A DNA stretch of 64,000 bases from Isurus oxyrinchus (Eukaryota), in NCBI GenBank assembly GCA_026770705.1, contig JANJGN010000034.1:4774001-4838000 (forward strand). Direction: 5' to 3'. The notes under the pieces are model-generated. The model searched no databases. It was not told the DNA's origin and saw only the letters and a list, made by a program, of their open reading frames with translations. The position numbers and the translations under genes were made by a program. Positions 26,243-39,470 of this stretch are shown here, in pieces (within the stretch, counting starts at the first letter, position 1; every line of letters starts with the position of its first letter).

Positions 26243-27744
26243 GTGAGATAGACGTCTTTTGGCTATTTCTTATGGGGGCTTGCACAGAATCTGGTTTCAA
26301 ATGGACTCTGTTACTTATGTTTTCCTGGAACTGTGCAGGTTTATCATAATTGGAAATTAAGCAGCGAAATAATGATAAAGATAATAGGCACAAAGCAAGG
26401 CATTAATTGGTAATGGATTTTGATATTATTAGTTTAGAAAAACAAAATGGTCAAAACAACATTGAGAAATCCTCCTGTTATTCTCATAATGCGGCATGTG
26501 ATGCACAGTGAGAAGCAATATGTGATCTTGAACTTCGATGCCATCAGAAATATAATACATTCAGCAGTGAAGGTTTCCACCACGAATTTCTCTCCGTCAC
26601 TGAATTGGCAATACCGTGCTTCACGTCTCACAATATAATTTTCCTTCTGTGCTGGATATATCGCTCAAAATTTGTTAAGAAAAGGAAACAGTTCGAAGCT
26701 ACTGAATTTTTTGATGCACACTTCAGAGATCAGTTGAAAGCCAGCAACATTCTTGTGGCCGTTAAATCACATGTGTCGCATTCCGGAGGATGATGGCAGA
26801 TTACCATATCTAATAAACTAGCTGTGTGTTGAGTCAATGGCATTCTTCCATGGTCAGCTGTATTGATGCAAATGTTTCAGTTCGGTATGTGTTTAACATT
26901 TCATTAATATCCTTTTCCTACTGTCTTTGGATGTATCTCGTATCTCAGCATCATGAGGCCTGGGCCTATGGGACTCTGGTGGAATAATGTTACATATTAA
27001 ATTTTCAAATGTTTTGCACTATTCTGTATGTTGCTATAGGCTGGACCAGATCTGCATCATTCCACAGCGATCTTTGAACAAGCATCACTTCCACTTGGTT
27101 AGAAACCCAGAATATTAGGCCAAGGGAAGAGATTATTAAACAAAAATATGTTAGAAGTGATTCACGTTTATGATTAAAGACAAAAGTGGCTTTGCTTGAC
27201 CATATAAAAATCAGCTTAATTACATTTATTCAAAGACTATTTCTACAAAAGCACAAATGAATTTCGGCAGCTTTTCAGAGAATGATGCAGCGCAGAAAGG
27301 GAAAGAAAAGTACCGACCATCAGTTCTCAATTAGTTAGTTCAAATGGCTATCTAAATAACTTTTATGCTGAAAATCTGACAAGTATGTATTTAATTCAAT
27401 TATTGCAAAAGATTTGAAGCCGTGCCTTCTATAGCATCTCAAATACAAGCATTTAAAATAATTGTTACCTACCAGTATCTGTTAATTATATAAATCTTTT
27501 TTTTTCCTTAAATGCCTGCTATCGAAAGAGCGATCCTTTTGCCATTGGAAACAGTTTCTCCGATTTCCTTTATGACCATTTTACGGGGATTGTCAAGCCA
27601 TGAAACCAACAGTTAAGTGTAGGTGACGAATAACTTATGAGTTCCGATTGTAAAGAGGTGCAATGCCAAAATGTCATTAGAACAGGCAAGTGTCCTAATG
27701 CAATTAGTTTCGAACAGTCCTGAGGCATGCTTCTATTTAAATAG

Positions 27745-27771
27745 AGGAACAGCTGTGAAAGAAAAATATTG
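27745..27771 (+). other. 27-nt micro-exon with in-frame stop (EEQL*KKNI): poison exon, truncating exon or null allele
   Basis: ttctatttaaatag|AGGAACAGCTGTGAAAGAAAAATATTG|gtaaga; TGA at 27756-27758 in the frame used by all sister exons. Confidence 0.7.
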
Positions 27772-28854
27772 GTAAGAACCTGAAATCTATTGTAGGCAGG
27801 CATTAATCTCTGCGTGAAGCATTTTGAAACATATCAAATGTCTTCGTACTGAACCTAAGCTTTTGAATATTTTGAGCCGTTAATATTCACAAGTACTCTC
27901 TCAAAAAACTGCATGTAATCCAAATTATGAGAACATTCCCAAATATTTGAACAATGACAGTCAGATACATATTCTATTTTCTATGCAAAGTGTCCCACAG
28001 AGTTGTAATATCTTGCCATATCATGCTGATCAAAGCAAATACGCCGCCTAGACGCGCAGATATAACGCTATATAAATGAAGATATAAATAGTAATATTAA
28101 TAAAAAAACAAGTTGATTTTTGAGGATTAATCTGAGAACAGGCTGTAAGGCACACCGTGGCGCTCAGGAAATAGGACTGATAATCAGTATAAATTTACAT
28201 TCCCTGAAATACTATATTATAAAGTGGTGTTCTTCACAATTGGAAATAGATCCAAATGTTACTTGAAGGAATTCACGAAATTGACATCAAAGCAATCAAG
28301 ATGGATCGATATTCCATCGCTTTGCAATTCTGTAGGAAAATAACCAGGCCTGATATCTAACCTCGTTTACAGCATTGCACAAGTTAAAATTCCGGCCCGA
28401 ATAGCATTTTGATTTACTAAATTGCAAAGATTAGCCATCTCAATTAAAGCACAATCACTCATGTCATCATCTTCATGAAATCTCCATATATGGCTTTCCA
28501 ACCAGTTTTGAAGCAAGTGGATGAATATCATGAGTGTCGACGTATCATCTGCTGGATGAAGTGAGGTGTGCACGAGGACCAAACCTGAGGAGTTCGTGGG
28601 CTGCAAAGGGTACTATAGGAATGGATCACGTAAGTAGTTTACAAACAGAAAAAGTACATATACTTGAGCGTGGACCTGGAGCCAAAGTGAACATCTGTAA
28701 ACAAGAACGCTTAATTGGACAGTAGGATTTGAGACCATACAGGAAACAGCTTCAGAAAGCTTTGAATAAAGGAAACAACAGCTTCAGAAAACTTTCAACG
28801 AATTAAGGTTTACGGATGCAGGGGAACATTGGAAAAGAGATATAGAAAGGTACA

Positions 28855-29943
28855 AAACAAAAACAAAAACAGAATTACCTGGAAAAACTCAACAGGTCTG
28901 GCAGCATCGGCGGAGAAGAAAAGAGTTGACGTTTAGAGTCCTCATGACCCTTCGACAGAACTTGAGTTCGAGTCCAAGAAAGAGTTGAAATATAAGCTGG
29001 TTTAAGGTGTGTGTGTGGGGGGCGGAGAGAGAGAGAGAGAGAGAGAGAGAGGTGGAGGGGGGGTGGATGTGGTTATAAGGACAAACAAGCAGTGATAGAA
29101 GCAGATCATCAAAAGATGTCAACAACAATAGTAAAAAAGAATACATAGGTGTTAAAGTTAAAGTTGGTGATATTATCTAAACGAATGGGCTAATTAATAA
29201 TGGATGGTAGGGCACTCAAGGTATAGCTCTAATGGGGGTGTTTTAAAAAAAAATAATGGAAATAGGTGGGAAAAGGAGAATCTTTATAATTTATTGGGAA
29301 AAAAAAGAAGGGAGAAACGGACAGGGGGTGGGGATGGGGGAGGGAGCTCACGACCTAAAGTTGTTCAATTCAATATTCAGTCCGGAAGGCTGTAAAGTGC
29401 CTAGTCGGAAGATGAGTTGTTGCACCTCCAGTTTGCGCTGGGCTTCACTGGAACAGTGCAGCAAGGCAAGGACAGACATGTGGTCAAGAGAGCAGGGTGG
29501 AGTGTTAAAATGGCAAGCGACAGGGAGGTTTGGGTCATTCTTGCGGACAGACTGCAGGTGTTCTGCAAAGCGGTCGCCCAGTTTAAGATTGGTCTCTCCA
29601 ATGTAGAGGAGACCATATTGGGAGCAACGAATGCAGTAGACTAAGTTGGGGGAAATGCAAGTGAAATGCAGCTTCACTTGAAAGGAGTGTTTGGGTCCTT
29701 GGACGGTGAGGAGAGAGGAAGTGAAGGGGCAGGTGTTGCACCTTTTGCGTGGGCATGCGGTTGTGCCAAAGGAGGGGGTTGAGGAGTAGGGGGTGATGGA
29801 GGAGTGGACCAGGGTGTCCCGGAGGGAGCGATCCCTATGGAATGCTGATAGGGGGGGGGGGGGGGGGGGGGGGTGAAGGGAAGATGTGTTTGGTGCTGGC
29901 ATCATGCTGGAGTTGGCGGAAATGGTGGAGGATGGTCCTTTGA
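28855..29943 (-). mobile_element. 5'-truncated Penelope-like retroelement (GIY-YIG endonuclease region and 3' repeat) with 13-bp TSD
   Basis: ORF: RDRSLRDTLV, CPRKRCNTCPF, NLVYCIRCSQYGLLYIGET (GIY-YIG), GDRFAEHL, PVACHFN, LGTLQPSGLN; ATAGAAAGGTACA at 28842-28854 and 29944-29956. Confidence 0.92.
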
Positions 29944-31609
29944 ATAGAAAGGTACATTTTAGTGGGAGAAACGTTTGCTGCCTGAAACATGCTCCGAAAG
30001 TAGTTTCCAAATTGTTCCAGGTCATCTGATCTCCAAGGAGTGATTCCCAGGTTGCCAAGAAGGTGCTCATGGGGAACCCAGGAATCCATTATGAAAGGAA
30101 AGCATGGGAATAAGGCGAGAACATAAAATTTCCATGGTGAATTTCAATGCACCGGCAGCGAACTTCCGAAACACCAAATTAAATTGTTGACTTCAAATGG
30201 ATCTGATTCTATTTACGGAATTGTCAGTCAAGAAATGTTAATAGAATTTAAATAAGTCCTTTAACATGGCTAACTATATTACTAACTGCAAAACACCCAC
30301 GTGAATGATAGTCCACCCACCAGGAGTCGCATCACCAGACTTCCCGACCGATTTCAGAGCAACACCCCAGACTGCACCACGCTTGACCAGATTATCCCCA
30401 ATCCCCACTATTAACCCCCCGGAAAAGGGACACCCTGCCCAAACCCCGCTATGACTCTTCCGATTACCTTCCCCACACAATGAATACGAACGTCAATGAC
30501 TGCCAGCCTGAGACTACCCAACAACCCCCCATTCCCTTAATCCCCCATTAACAAGTCCCATGCTTCCTACCTAGACACTACATACTCGACCACACCACAA
30601 CGCACCTTACGAACTCCCCCTCACTCCCCGCCCGAACACCTGCTACTCTGCCTCTCAAAACCTAGCGATCCCTGCATGCAGCCTAACCTCTCATCCAATA
30701 CATTGGCTCTGTTAGCTTATTCCCGAGTACTCATTGTCGCCAGGACAATTAAACTTCTCTGGTTTATCGCAGTTGCTAAGTTGAAAATGGTGTCTGGCTC
30801 TATTTCTACTGCTTTGCATTGGAATGTGTTCTGAGATGTTATGCAGCATATTTCTCAACATGACCAGATTGGCAGTCCTGACAGGGAATAGGCAGCTCCT
30901 GGCTGATGAAAGTCAAATGCCTGGAGTGGCACTCTGACTGTGACTCCTTTTCAATGGAAATGCCAAGCCATTGTTATGCGGCAAGTAAGGAAATGTAATC
31001 AATTCATAGATAGCTTGCATAATTTGTTTCTTTTTCCGAAGAAAATAAAATGCACAATTTAAACATTCGCCTATTTGCTGTATAACTCTTCCGCTGAATC
31101 AATGTAAATCAGCAGTTTGTTGCTAATTCGTGTGCTTAATTAACTTGAAACATGCATTGAATCCTCAGAACTTGAACAACTCAGTGCAAAGTGCAGTAAT
31201 TGACGGCAAACACGTATGATGGGAGTGGAAATTCATTATTGGTCAGCAGCCTAAATAGGAACAGAAGCACATTGGTTGATTTTGATTTTGGAAGTTCAGG
31301 ACAACAGGTCTTAGGGAGTTTTTTTTTTGGCCGTGGAGGGACACAAGTGTGATGTTGAGAGTTGTCTATGGAATCCAAGGGCCAATCTACGAGGAAATGT
31401 TAAGCAAGTTTTTTTTTATTCTATAATATTTTTAAAAAGACTCAGAGGTGGTCAATTCGACATTATAAATTTATTGACGAGAACATTTGGAACATATGCA
31501 GATTTAAAACAAATCCACTAGTGATGGATTCTAGGGCTTGGGGAAGACCAGTTTAAATTACGCAGCCCTTGGAACAGTGATGCCAAATCAGATAAATATG
31601 AATGGTGCT

Positions 31610-32560
31610 AAATATAAATGTAAATTATCTCTGTTCCAAAACATCAAGGCACGAGGTCTATGCGGTAGCATCCCTGACCCAACAATTTGCCACTGCTTTC
31701 TTAATGACCTTCCTTACATCATGAGGTCAGAACTGGGATCATTCAGCGATACTGCACACACTTAGCACCAACCGTGACTCCTCAGATACTGAAGAATGCT
31801 CTGTCTAAATGCAACATATCATGCACAATATGTCGAGTTGTGTTGACAAGTGGCAGGTAACATTCAGGACAGAAAAGTCCAGCCAACGGTCAGATCCAAC
31901 AAGGGAGAATCTACGCATCATCCCATGACATTCAATTACATCACGATCGTTGAATGATACACAATTAACACACTGGGGATTACGATTGCTAACAAAATTA
32001 AATGGACACGCCATACGATCAGAATACTGTGGTTACAAGAAAAAAAGTCAGAGGTTAGGAATTCCTTGTTGCAAAAAATCACTTCAGGACTGACCAACGC
32101 CTGGTTCAAGGCATTATTCAGATGTGTGATGGAATACTCTCGACTTGCCTCGATGCGTGCAACTCCAACATCATGCCAGGTGCTTGAAAACAGCTTGGCC
32201 AAAGCAAGACGATTGATTGGGATTGTAGGAGTAAATTCAGAGCTGTTTGGAGTCATACCTAGCAGAAAGGAAGATGGCTGTGGTGCAGGAGGTCAAACAT
32301 TTATAATTCAAGATTTTAACTACAGAGGTTCCTCAGCTAGTGTTCTAGACCCAACCATCTTCAGTTGCTTCATCAATAACCTCCCTTCCATCATAAGCAC
32401 AGAAGTGGAGCTCTTCGCTTATTATTGTAAAATTCTCAGCGGCATTGGTGTCTTCTTAAATGCTGAAGCAACCCCATGCCCAAATACAGAAGGATCGGGA
32501 CAGCATCCAGTCTAGGGCTGACAGGTAACATTTGCACCAAAGAATTGTCAGATAATTACC
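31610..32560 (+). mobile_element. Two fragments of a CR1/L2-like LINE RT region
   Basis: GSIPDPTICHCFLNDLP and SVLDPTIFSCFINNLPSII..VELFA resemble GSVLGPTIFSCFINDLP...FADD. Confidence 0.65.
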
Positions 32561-33037
32561 AGCTCCAACTAGACGGGGTCTAAGAGCCGACACTTAACAC
32601 GGATGCTTTTATCACATCATAAGAACAACAAAAATGTGCAGACAACTCCATGATTTAACCATGCTCTATAGAGATGGATCTGTGCACGTCATTCCAAGAG
32701 TGGTCAAAAGGACGATGCTTGGTCGCAGTGGTGCACAGTCATCCGTGTGATGCATCACAATGTTATACTTGTACGCAGATTGTAGACATGTGTCTGCATG
32801 GCCTATAAAATGTATTTACACAACATAACTTTTTTGTGTGAGTTTAAGTGGAGATAGCGAGATCAGCGTACATGTGTGATCAGCATTTCCTTACAGCTAA
32901 CTGCATTTGTCTTGAGTTATTCGAAAGGTTTGTTTGAATAGAAAAAAAAAACATTTCAATACACTACGGGATTTTGACGTAACTTTGTTAGTATTAGTAA
33001 TGGTGTTCCCGTCTATTCCTCTTTCTCCCTTCTTCAG

Positions 33038-33064
33038 AAAAAGAATTGGAAGCAAAAAAATTAG
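33038..33064 (+). CDS. 27-nt micro-exon (EKELEAKKL)
   Basis: ctctttctcccttcttcag|AAAAAG...AAATTAG|gtaaag; strong sites, phase 1-1. Confidence 0.85.
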   Translation, partial: KKNWKQKN

Positions 33065-33211
33065 GTAAAGTACATGATGTCAGTTGCATTGTGTAGTATT
33101 ACTGAAATTCTTAGGAGTCCATATAATTTGGGAAATATAAAATGCCAGAAGAGCAAAAAGTCAATCACTCTCCAGCGTCTAACGAAGGGCTGTCTATGGT
33201 CCCTAATTCAG

Positions 33212-33247
33212 AAATCGAGAATCTAAAGAAACCCGGAAAAGATAAAG
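33212..33247 (+). CDS. 36-nt micro-exon (EIENLKKPGKDK)
   Basis: ccctaattcag|AAATCG...GATAAAG|gtctgt; EI..LK start as in 5292 exon; 147-nt intron upstream. Confidence 0.7.
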
Positions 33248-34399
33248 GTCTGTAAAGTTAAACACAAGTATACGCTGTGCAATTGTGAAGGCGATTGTTA
33301 ACAGGTTCAAAGTATTCTACTCCTTGAGGCAGGACTGCCATTTAAATATTTTAAGGCAGATATCCATGCACTTTTATTACATATCTGTGGGTTTTTAATG
33401 CTATTGCTGCTAATTATCCCAAGAGTGAATATAGACCAGGTCTTACTGCATGGATATAATTTATATATTATTTTATTAATCAGAGGAGTTATAAATCTCT
33501 CAACGCTATGAAATCATCAGTAAGCGTGCCAACATCGATAGCATGTTGCAGGGAACGTCTTGGAGGCAGTAACTAAAAAAAAAAATGACCCTGGGTACTG
33601 TTTTGAAGGGCGATTGCACCACTGCCCCGGGACTAGGAAGATTGATATTGCAATCACGTAGCAGAGTTTGATAATGCCTCGGCTCCATAAGTTTCCCTTG
33701 ATTCAGGACAGATCTGTTCGTCTCCGCCAGCTGGAATGAGTTGACAGGCACAGAAAGGGTGGGATAGCCTCCTGAAATGCGCACTCAACAATGTACCTCT
33801 TGCATTTGCCTCTTTCCTTCACAGTGTTTGTAAAAGTAACCACTGTGCATTAATTGTGAAGATGATATCCATCTTGAAAATGAGGACACACTCCCTAGTG
33901 CTGTGTAGCAGTCGCAACGTGCTAAATTGGATATTTTTGGAACTGATATTGGCTGTGAAAATGGAATTCGTGAGGAACTGTGGGTCATTGGCAGCAGTAG
34001 ACTTGTTTTCAAGCGTAATATGATAATTCATGATGCAGCTTGTCGCTTATCATATTAACATGAAGTCGGAGCTCAGCCATTGCCCTTAAAGGATTTCACA
34101 CAACCACGACAAGAGCAACAACAAGCATAGCTATAATACAAGTGGCAACGTAGTGAAGCAAAAACAGGAAAAATTGTAAATCGATGGATGGAATCAGAAT
34201 GTGAAGGGCAGCGCAAAGCGATGACGAAAATAACGGATCAGGTTACAGTTTTTCATTCTGCCAACTCGAAATGTGAATGGGGTTTTGTAATTAAAATTAA
34301 ATATCAAGTGGAGATGAGTACTCCTCAATATGCACATCCTCAGTTAAGGGAGATGCCAACATTTCTGTATAAAAAATAAGGTTAAAGGAATCCAACTAT

Positions 34400-36030
34400 T
34401 TGCAACTAAAAGAGCCGAGTGAATGACCAATGACGTCACCTGAATCGCATAAGGGAATGTTGATGCAATTTGCTTAATTCAGCGGAATTTAAAGAAACAG
34501 TTGAATGCTTTGGACAACACAAAGAGAGTGAGCCCTGACAATATGCTGGCAGTGTTAATGAAGGCTTGAGCTCGAAGAAAAGTTAGATAACTGGCTAAAC
34601 TTCTCCACTGCATCTATAATGGTGGTGTCCACCTGACAATGTGGTAAGTAGCGAAGCTGTGTCCTATTCACAAAAGAAGGACGCATTCAGTGCTTCCAAT
34701 TAAAATTGCAATTTGACGCTCACTATATTCCACAAAGTGATGGAAGATGCTATTAATCGGCACTGGCACAGCTATACTACGTTGACCTTCGCAATTTACA
34801 GTGTTCTGGCAGGTCCACTCGGTTCCTTTGTTCATATTTTTGTTGGCCAAAATATGGACAGCGGAATGGAAAAATAGTGGGCAGGGCACAATTGCTTGCC
34901 TACAATAGAAGGCAGTATTTGAAAGAATGTGCCATCATGGAGGCCGAGCAAACATTATATAATTGCAAGATAAAGGCAAAGCTCCCCGCTGGTAAAGTTT
35001 GAGTTAGTGCTAGTATGCGGCCAAAAAATATTAATTGGAGATATTTTCTGATGAGACCACAATTTTCAGAGTCATTTGAAACTCCGTAAATACTGATGCA
35101 GTCAATGCTCTTGTGCATTTAGAGCTGCAAAACATTCAGGTTTTGGATGAAAATTGGCATGGGACATTCATGCAAAAGTAGAGAAAGTATCGGTCCATCT
35201 TCCTCAAGATGGCATCTAAGTATCCCCGCTTCATATCAAGCAGTAGTATATTTGGTGAATGCCACACTATAATCTTTGTTGGTGGATTAGGGTTTCCCAG
35301 GCTGTCGACATTAGGGGCCACTTTTCAGGGAATATGAACCGTTACTGCCAAACAAACTTGATGGCTAATAGAGCAGAGCAGAGCCCGAGAAATAGGCTCA
35401 GATAAACTCTTCTCATAACTTTACAAAGTTTGTCTACAATCTAAAAGACAAACATCAAGTGTATAACCACAATTGACTTATTGAGTGCGGCTCCAACAAC
35501 ACTCTAGAACATCAACGAGATCCAGTAAAAAATTAATCAACCCTCCTAATCAGAAGAAAATTTGCCACATTCATCATTTGCTCTTTCCACCATCGACACA
35601 TGATAACTTCAGTTGGCATTATATAAAAGATGCTCCTCAGGAATCCACCAAGCCAACTTGGAAAGCTTGTTCCATTGGAGGAAACTTTACCACCGATATG
35701 GATAAAGCCAAAAGACACATGAGAAGAGTACGAGTTTCAACTGTCACTGCAAGACACTCACCAGAGGCGCGCGGCAGGATATTTCCATTACTTAATTGAC
35801 ACTAGATGAGACTCATGGAATCCCGAAAGGAGGTCAGAAGCAAATAATATATATACATACTGAACAAATTAAAACGGTGTCTGCATATGCTCCTATATTG
35901 CTGTGAACCTTAGGGCTACCAATCTAATGCTGGGAACTGGTATACTGCTGGATGCCTCATTTTCGCTGGCACAAACATAATGTGCCAAAAGGCCAAATGC
36001 TGTGCCTTAAACTTCTTATAATTCTACGGT
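34400..36030 (+). mobile_element. Decayed LINE RT fragments
   Basis: ccctgacaatatgctggcagtgttaatgaaggcttgagct resembles GPDNIPA.VLKTCA; CR1-like 3' end near 35800-36030. Confidence 0.5.
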
Positions 36031-37937
36031 TACTGATGCTTAGTAGTGCTCTTACACACCTCATAGATTTTTTTGAATGAAGCCAACATTTTAATTTGTG
36101 GCAGTCATTTGTCCCATTCCAGTTCACGTCCTGAAAATCCTTCCTGATTTTGTATTCTTGCCAGTTCCCTACTGATTAATTAAAGCTTTTCTCCAACCTA
36201 CTGCGGACAGCTCTTGCTCTTCCCACTTTCCATGCCATTATCCCAATCAGCATTTTATTTTTTACCTCTTTGCTCATCTCGCACTTATCTTTTGTTCCTG
36301 CAAAGTGCATGCAATTGGGCATTGGGGCCCTTTTGGAACTTTGATTACAGCCGCCTCTATCTATGTGTTACCTAAGCATTCAATAAGCAGCACATCCCTC
36401 GGGAAATTCGTTAAGAATAGACATAACCTTATAAACTCAACTGAGTGTGAATTCTCAGGTAATTAAACAATCATTACTTCCCAGCTTCCCCCATTCAACA
36501 CAATCCTCGGTCCTCAATGTTTGGGAGAGAGGATGTCTCTCCTTCAATTGAAATTGAATGTTTTTCACTTGTTGGAAATAAGCAATTTTTGCTGCATCAT
36601 TGTTATCGTCGATCATATGTCTCCTTTACACAGTAGAGTTACAGCAAACAAATAACTGTACCTATTCTTTCCACTGTTAGGTGACTGTACTCTGGTGTCT
36701 ATTTCTCCCCTCCTCCCTTATGTATCTCAAGGATTCTATCGCAGAATGCAGCTCAATTCACCTGAACCAATGAGTCTCCGAGCACAGCGATTTGTTGCAT
36801 AGAGTCCACTGTGGCGTGGTCAATAATCTCCCACAATCTACCATGTAAAAAATCCGCCTGCAGTACCATGTATTGTGACTTTTTTCTGGGTGAAAAGCAG
36901 TAAATTTCATGAATTGTGACTTAGTTTAATTCAATACATAGATGTACCCTAGTGTTTAGTAAATATCTAAATATTGACCTCAATAATTATAGATACATTT
37001 TCATCTATCATTTTTTTTTCAGTTTATGATTACAGTTAGGGTGTAATAACTCACAACTTAAGTGTTTTTCCTTAATGGCCGAGGACTGAGGTATATCTTA
37101 TATTTGCTTATTGTAGTTGCCCCCAATGGAGGGAAAGTTTTCTCTCAACAGCGGTTCACAGCATCTTAACTACCTCAAATTTTTCACACTGTAAATCCAG
37201 GGCAAACACACCTCCTTTATACATTCTCACCTCGTGATTTCACGATTAAGTATCTCGCCCCTTCCTCGTGAATATGTCCAAAAGCTCTCCCAGAGTCAAG
37301 GTTAATGACTCTTAGAATTGTTCCATCATAAAAGCAAGCCGCTCTGATCTTCGGGTACATGCTGCCTCTGTCAGACCAAGATGTTGGGCTGCACTAATCA
37401 TTAACCCATGCAGATCCGGCAGTCAAAACTCATGTTATTTTTTTCACCACTGAATTTAATTCCAATGAATTGTGAGATATTGCACACCAGACAGCTATCG
37501 CTTAATATGTACAAAAAAATATATATTATTCACGTGGCCATTGGTTATTTCGTCAATTGTATTAAATCTTTGTCACATAATCGCGGAACGTAAGGCCAAT
37601 GAGAATGGATTTCCTATGGAATTGTCGCGTACTTTAATGGATCTTTGTAAGTCGTGTTGATTTGAGAAAAGCTTATATATTGATGGTTATCAGATATCAG
37701 TTTTGTAATAGTTATCAATCTTGAATACAATAGAATGCACAGTTAAAAATGTAAAAATATAACATCGCTCTCGAAGGTGGTCCCTGACACCGCATGACTT
37801 GAATGTGATGCTATCGCATATGTGACACTAATGGGGATTGCCCTGTGTTTCAACGCAATTGTCCAATTAAACTCATTTTAACATGACAGTCCCATCATAG
37901 CAAAGCTCTGAGCCGGTATTCCTTCACTCCATTGCAG

Positions 37938-37964
37938 ACTGTAAAGTTCATTTGGAATTACCAG
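37938..37964 (+). CDS. 27-nt micro-exon (DCKVHLELP)
   Basis: ccttcactccattgcag|ACTGTA...TTACCAG|gtgagt; consensus sites, phase 1-1. Confidence 0.8.
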
Positions 37965-38904
37965 GTGAGTGCGTCGCTTGGTTTCAGTGAGGAAAAAATC
38001 TCATTCAGTTCCCAATCCAGCTATCAAATTTTATCAACCCTTCTCAGAGGAGGCCTTTTGTTATGGGGCCCTCATTAGCCCCATACGAAGATGTTTTTCT
38101 GGAAGGCGGCAGTGAATCATTTTGTTCAACCTCTGCAGGCCGCATACAGTTCCCTATTCAAACACTTGTTTTCAAGCACATGACCAGTAGAGCCTTTACT
38201 CCACTTCAATTGTAAACCATACGGAACGATTTGTATTGCTGAATACAACCCTATCATTCTGCTCTTCTGTATTGGTGCAGTATGGTTTTTCACTTTTCTA
38301 TTATTTCCTAACATATGCAACTGCGTCTCGCATGAGAGAAACCAAAATATTATGTTAGACAGCGTTTTTTCCCAATCTAAGCTCACCCCATGATTATTTA
38401 GTAATTAATTTTTCAAGTTTAGCCACTATTGTACGGTAGGCGACGTCGATGTCAATTTCAAAAAGAAGAAACAAGCTCCCACATATATCACTGCACAACT
38501 TAACTTATAATCTCTACTTTAGTGATGTTGGTTGATGACTAGTTGTTGCCCAGAATACCAGGGTGAACAATTCATGAGAATTCATGTGATTAATTTATAT
38601 GGCAGTGCTGCATGAAATTCAATGTTAATTGTGTCGTGTTTGCCTGGCCAATGATCCAGTGGTCATTATCACAGTCCATGGCTAACAGAAGAAACCGCAA
38701 TTATTTGCTGATGCTGTAAAATCAATAATATTGAGGTATATAAGATATTTTCAGGCGGATTACCGGTTGGAAAGTGGCCATGCTCTTCATTTAAGCAAGC
38801 AAGTGGAAAGTCACTGGGAGCTACATCTTGCACTCATTCACCAATTCATATTGTTCATTTTCAAAGATAAACGCAAAAATAATGCGGATGTTGGAAATCC
38901 AAAA

Positions 38905-39470
38905 AGAAAACAAAAATGAAAATACCTCGAAAATCTCACCAGGTCTGACAGCATCTGCGGAGAAGAATATAGTTAACGTTTCCATATGTCCGTATGACTC
39001 ATCAAAAAATCTATGGAAAAGTTGATGAGGGTTGAAATATAAGCTGGTTGGGGGCGGGGAGGAGGGGACAGGTAAAGCTGGATAGAGGGCCAGTGATAGG
39101 TGGAGTTTATTCCCCCTGTACGATCCTTTCCCCCTACTCCAACCCCAGTAAGGCTATCTGTACGTTGTTCCTCCTGCTTTCTATCCAAAATGTCACTTGT
39201 TAGCACATTTATTGACCAATTACACCACCTTCAATACCTCTTTGTACTTTTGCCTGTGACATATTTTGGCAAACATGACCTATTACTGGCCCTCTATCCC
39301 GCTCTAACTTTCCCACCCACCTTAAACCAGCTTATGTTTCAACTCTCTTCTATTTTTCCTTAGTTCTTTTGAAGAGTCAAATGGACTCGAAAAGTTAAAT
39401 GTATTGTTCTCCACAGATGCTGTCAGACCAGCTTTGTTTTTCCAGGCATTTCTGTTGTTAGATTTGTTTT
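38905..39470. repeat. Inverted pair of Penelope-type terminal repeats (about 190-bp arms, about 180-bp spacer)
   Basis: ggtctgacagcatctgcggagaa...ataagctggtt...ggatagagggccagtgatagg on plus at 38905-39100; reverse complement at 39281-39470. Confidence 0.75.

Noticed and set aside
26076-26393. 105-aa Ser-rich minus-strand ORF
   Set aside because: Antisense to the 26207-26242 exon; no domain or splice support.
28506-28541. 36-nt unit (VLKQVDEYHECR)
   Set aside because: Weak donor (gac|gtatca), within probable decayed LINE sequence.
30290-30720. C-rich, strand-skewed segment
   Set aside because: No regular repeat unit or credible ORF; probably decayed transposon-internal low-complexity sequence.
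35806-35832. 27-nt AG..GT unit (DETHGIPKG)
   Set aside because: Lies in a CR1-like 3' end remnant; peptide unlike sister exons.
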